A stretch of 64,000 nt of DNA from Waterburya sp. (GTDB lineage: Bacteria; Cyanobacteriota; Cyanobacteriia; Cyanobacteriales; Xenococcaceae): the NCBI GenBank assembly GCA_965217895.1, contig CBDCJV010000002.1:3200001-3264000 (forward strand), in the 5' to 3' direction. A program made the position numbers and the translations under genes. A model generated the notes under the pieces. That model was not told the origin of the DNA. It searched no databases and worked only from the letters and a program-made list of their open reading frames with translations. Numbering within the stretch: the stretch's first letter is position 1; each line of letters begins with the position of its first letter. This document shows positions 61,667 to 64,000 of the stretch, piece by piece.

Positions 61667-62047
61667 ATGGATGAGCAACCTCGCTACTTACGAATTGCCC
61701 TTGTTGTCGTTGGAATTGCATTTCTTCTTATCTATCCATTGATGAAAGTCTGGTCATCGGGCTGGGTATGGCAACCGGAGCAATACGAAGATGCACAGAT
61801 GATCGTTGGCATTTATGCGACGCTCGGTGCCTTTTTGCTATGGGCTTCCCGCAAACCAGAAGCGCATCTCAGTTTAATCTGGTTCACCGTCTGGTCGAGT
61901 GTAGTCCACGGGCTGATCATGGCAGTACACACAGTGATTGACCCTGCGGAACGTGGACACCTCGTCGGAGATATTCCAGCATTGCTTTTGGTGGCAATTG
62001 TCCTTGGTTTTCTGGCATCACGCGAAGTAGTGCCAGCGCGTGAATGA
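61667..62047 (+). CDS. DUF6632-like small membrane protein (probable gene-cassette ORF)
   Basis: MIVGIYATLG, SLIWFTVWSSVVHG, HLVGD; visibly more GC-rich than neighbours; attC begins 5 bp after the stop. Confidence 0.75.
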   Translation: MDEQPRYLRIALVVVGIAFLLIYPLMKVWSSGWVWQPEQYEDAQMIVGIYATLGAFLLWASRKPEAHLSLIWFTVWSSVVHGLIMAVHTVIDPAERGHLVGDIPALLLVAIVLGFLASREVVPARE

Positions 62048-62052
62048 GCGCA

Positions 62053-62138
62053 GCATAACAAATCAAATGCAGCGGACAGACAAAAGCTCTGAGTGCTGAG
62101 CTAAAAACATCTGCTGCCACTGATTTGAGCCGTTGGGC
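62053..62138 (+). mobile_element. integron attC recombination site (86 bp)
   Basis: R'' GCATAAC, 5-bp spacer, L'' AAATGCAG, L' CTGATTT, 5-bp spacer, R' GTTGGGC; two extrahelical bases; inner AGCTC/GAGCT stem. Confidence 0.8.
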
Positions 62139-62256
62139 AGCAACACTATTAATAAAGTTCAGCATTGGTAAACTGCTGTGCTTTTTTAGCATTAGCGGCT
62201 TCTCCACAACTGCGAGGAGTCGGAAAAATCTTGCCTGGATTTGCTAATCCCTTTTC
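62138..62256 (-). repeat. diverged duplicate of the glcD 3' end
   Basis: ~118-bp direct repeat of 62980-63096 encoding EKGLANPGKIFPTPRSCGEAANAKKAQQFTNAELY*. Confidence 0.9.
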
Positions 62257-62299
62257 TATACATTTGGTACAATCGAGGGATACATCCTAGATTAATTCT

Positions 62300-62617
62300 A
62301 TGACTGTCGTCGCAACAAAACCATATGTAGAGTTCAAAAAACAAGGGTACTGGATTATTGGTACTCGAATTTCTTTGGACTCTATTGTTTATGCTTTCCG
62401 CAAAGGTCTACCTCCTGAAAGCATTGCTCAAGCATATCCTTTACTCGATCTAGAAAAGGTATACGGAGCAATCACATTTTACCTAGCTAACCGTTCTGAT
62501 ATCGATGCTTACCTGATATTAGAGGAGCAGGCCTTTGATGCCATGCCACAGCCCTTACAGATAGATGCTCCTTCTTTACATCAAAAGTTAATTGCTGCCA
62601 GGGAGTCAGCACGGTAA
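62300..62617 (+). CDS. DUF433 domain antitoxin
   Basis: IIGTRISLDSIV, ESIAQAYPLL...VYGAITFY. Confidence 0.85.
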   Translation: MTVVATKPYVEFKKQGYWIIGTRISLDSIVYAFRKGLPPESIAQAYPLLDLEKVYGAITFYLANRSDIDAYLILEEQAFDAMPQPLQIDAPSLHQKLIAARESAR

Positions 62618-62622
62618 GCATA

Positions 62623-62976
62623 ATGGCAAGCGTTCAATTTCAAGCTGATGCCGATCTAAATCAAGCGATCGTGACAGGAGTTATCCGCCGACAGCCCAAC
62701 ATCAACTTTCAAACCGCTACTGAAGCAAATTTAGAAGGACTACAAGATGCAGAAGTATTGGATCTATCAGCTAAGCAGCAGCGTATTTTAGTGACCCACG
62801 ATCGTAGAACAATGCCGACTGAATTTGCAGAATTCATAGTCGGTAGACAAAGTTCAGTTGTGCTGATTGTCTCCCAGAAGACAGCTTTAGAAACTATTAT
62901 TGAAGAATTGATTTTAATTTGGTCAGTAACCACAACAGAAGAATGGATCAACCGAATTGCTAAGATTCCCTTGTAA
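62623..62976 (+). CDS. DUF5615 family PIN-like toxin
   Basis: FQADADL, DAEVL, RILVTHD. Confidence 0.85.
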   Translation: MASVQFQADADLNQAIVTGVIRRQPNINFQTATEANLEGLQDAEVLDLSAKQQRILVTHDRRTMPTEFAEFIVGRQSSVVLIVSQKTALETIIEELILIWSVTTTEEWINRIAKIPL

Positions 62977-62991
62977 AGACAGCTAACACTA

Positions 62992-64000
62992 TCAATAAAG
63001 TTCAGCATTGGTAAATTGTGCTTTTTTAGCATTAGCTGCTTCTCCACAACTGCGAGGTGTGGGAAAAATCTTGCCTGGATTAGCTAATCCCTTTTCGTTT
63101 AAAGCAGCGCGAATATACTGCATTGTTTCTAAGTCAGTAGCATTAAACATATAGGGCATATAGCAATTCTTATCTGCACCGATACCATGCTCTCCCGATA
63201 AACTGCCTCCCGCATCAACACATAGCTTCAATATCTCTCCGCCAATTTCTTCTACTGTTGCAAATGCTCCTGGCACAGAATTGTCGTAGAGAATTAGAGG
63301 GTGAAGGTTGCCATCTCCAGCATGAAAGACATTAGCAATTTTATAGCCATAGCGATCGCCTAAAGCATTTATTTCTGCTAAGACTTCGGCAAGCTTAGTC
63401 CGAGGAATCACCCCATCCTGGACAAAATAGTCAGGACTTATATGTCCAGCAGCAGCAAAAGCAGCCTTTCTACCCTTCCAGAGTTTAGCCCTAGTGTCAA
63501 TATCATTAGCAGTAGTGATCCCAGTAGCATTATTCTGCTGGCAAATTGCCTCTACTTTTTGCTTGTAGGCTTTTACCTCTACTTTTAAACCATCTAACTC
63601 GATCAGCAAAACCGCCTGAGCATCACGGTCATAACAACCAGTAGCTACAATATCTTCTACGGCATTGATACTCAAATTATCCATAATTTCCATGCCCGCA
63701 GGAATAATACCCGAACTAATAATATCAGCTACGGCTGCACCAGAATCTTCCACAGTGGGAAAGTTTGCCAGCACTACACATACAGATTCTGGACGTTTAA
63801 GGATGCGCAGAGTTACCTCGGTAGCAATGCCTAATGTGCCTTCTGAGCCAACAAACAAGCCAGTTAAATCATATCCAGGCATTTCAGGGACAATACCGCC
63901 AACGTCAATAATTGAACCATCGGTAGTAACGATTTTTAAACCCAATACATGATTAGTTGTTACACCATATTTAAGACAGTGAACGCCTCCAGAATTTTCT
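62992..64000 (-). CDS. glcD: glycolate oxidase subunit D (5' end beyond window)
   Basis: GGVHCLKYG, GSEGTLG, HAGDGNLHP, GEHGIG, NPGKIFP. Confidence 0.92.
   Translation of the reverse strand, partial: ENSGGVHCLKYGVTTNHVLGLKIVTTDGSIIDVGGIVPEMPGYDLTGLFVGSEGTLGIATEVTLRILKRPESVCVVLANFPTVEDSGAAVADIISSGIIPAGMEIMDNLSINAVEDIVATGCYDRDAQAVLLIELDGLKVEVKAYKQKVEAICQQNNATGITTANDIDTRAKLWKGRKAAFAAAGHISPDYFVQDGVIPRTKLAEVLAEINALGDRYGYKIANVFHAGDGNLHPLILYDNSVPGAFATVEEIGGEILKLCVDAGGSLSGEHGIGADKNCYMPYMFNATDLETMQYIRAALNEKGLANPGKIFPTPRSCGEAANAKKAQFTNAELY

Noticed and set aside
1360..63952. Many short ORFs antisense to or overlapping well-supported genes (e.g. 1360-1602, 8760-9023, 26683-26964, 28890-29228, 41927-42283, 59706-60068, 61917-62207, 62709-63047)
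   Set aside because: Shadow frames of real genes with no recognisable motifs; the similarity between 61917-62207 and 62709-63047 only reflects the glcD repeat

Overview
AT-rich cyanobacterial chromosome segment (very frequent HIP1 octamer GCGATCGC, ntcA, cyanobacterial heptamer repeats; gene style suggests Pleurocapsales, by inference). The left end holds the core of an aromatic-type type II polyketide synthase cluster (KS-alpha, chain-length factor, ACP, AcpS-type PPTase, divergent FabD), which probably continues off-window. A stand-alone type ISP restriction-modification C-terminal domain gene sits inside it. Next come a TetR-associated redox/detoxification operon (14-21 kb), an accessory patch with Uma2 nucleases, a RelE-type TA pair, a P3A-type H+-ATPase and a CspA-type cold-shock protein (20-27 kb), and an acr3-arsH(pseudo)-arsC operon. 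Housekeeping genes include dapB, an S1 protein, hisB, fabI, ntcA, rfbB, glgA, cydB, ppc and glcD. The right end has a foreign-looking gene ending in a well-formed integron attC site, and a DUF433/DUF5615 TA pair bracketed by two synonymously diverged copies of the glcD 3' end. Similar host-gene fragments next to nuclease/TA modules occur twice more (SDR/Uma2, AKR/RelE). I found no rRNA, tRNA, CRISPR array, integrase or transposase. All family assignments come from motif recognition, not database searches.
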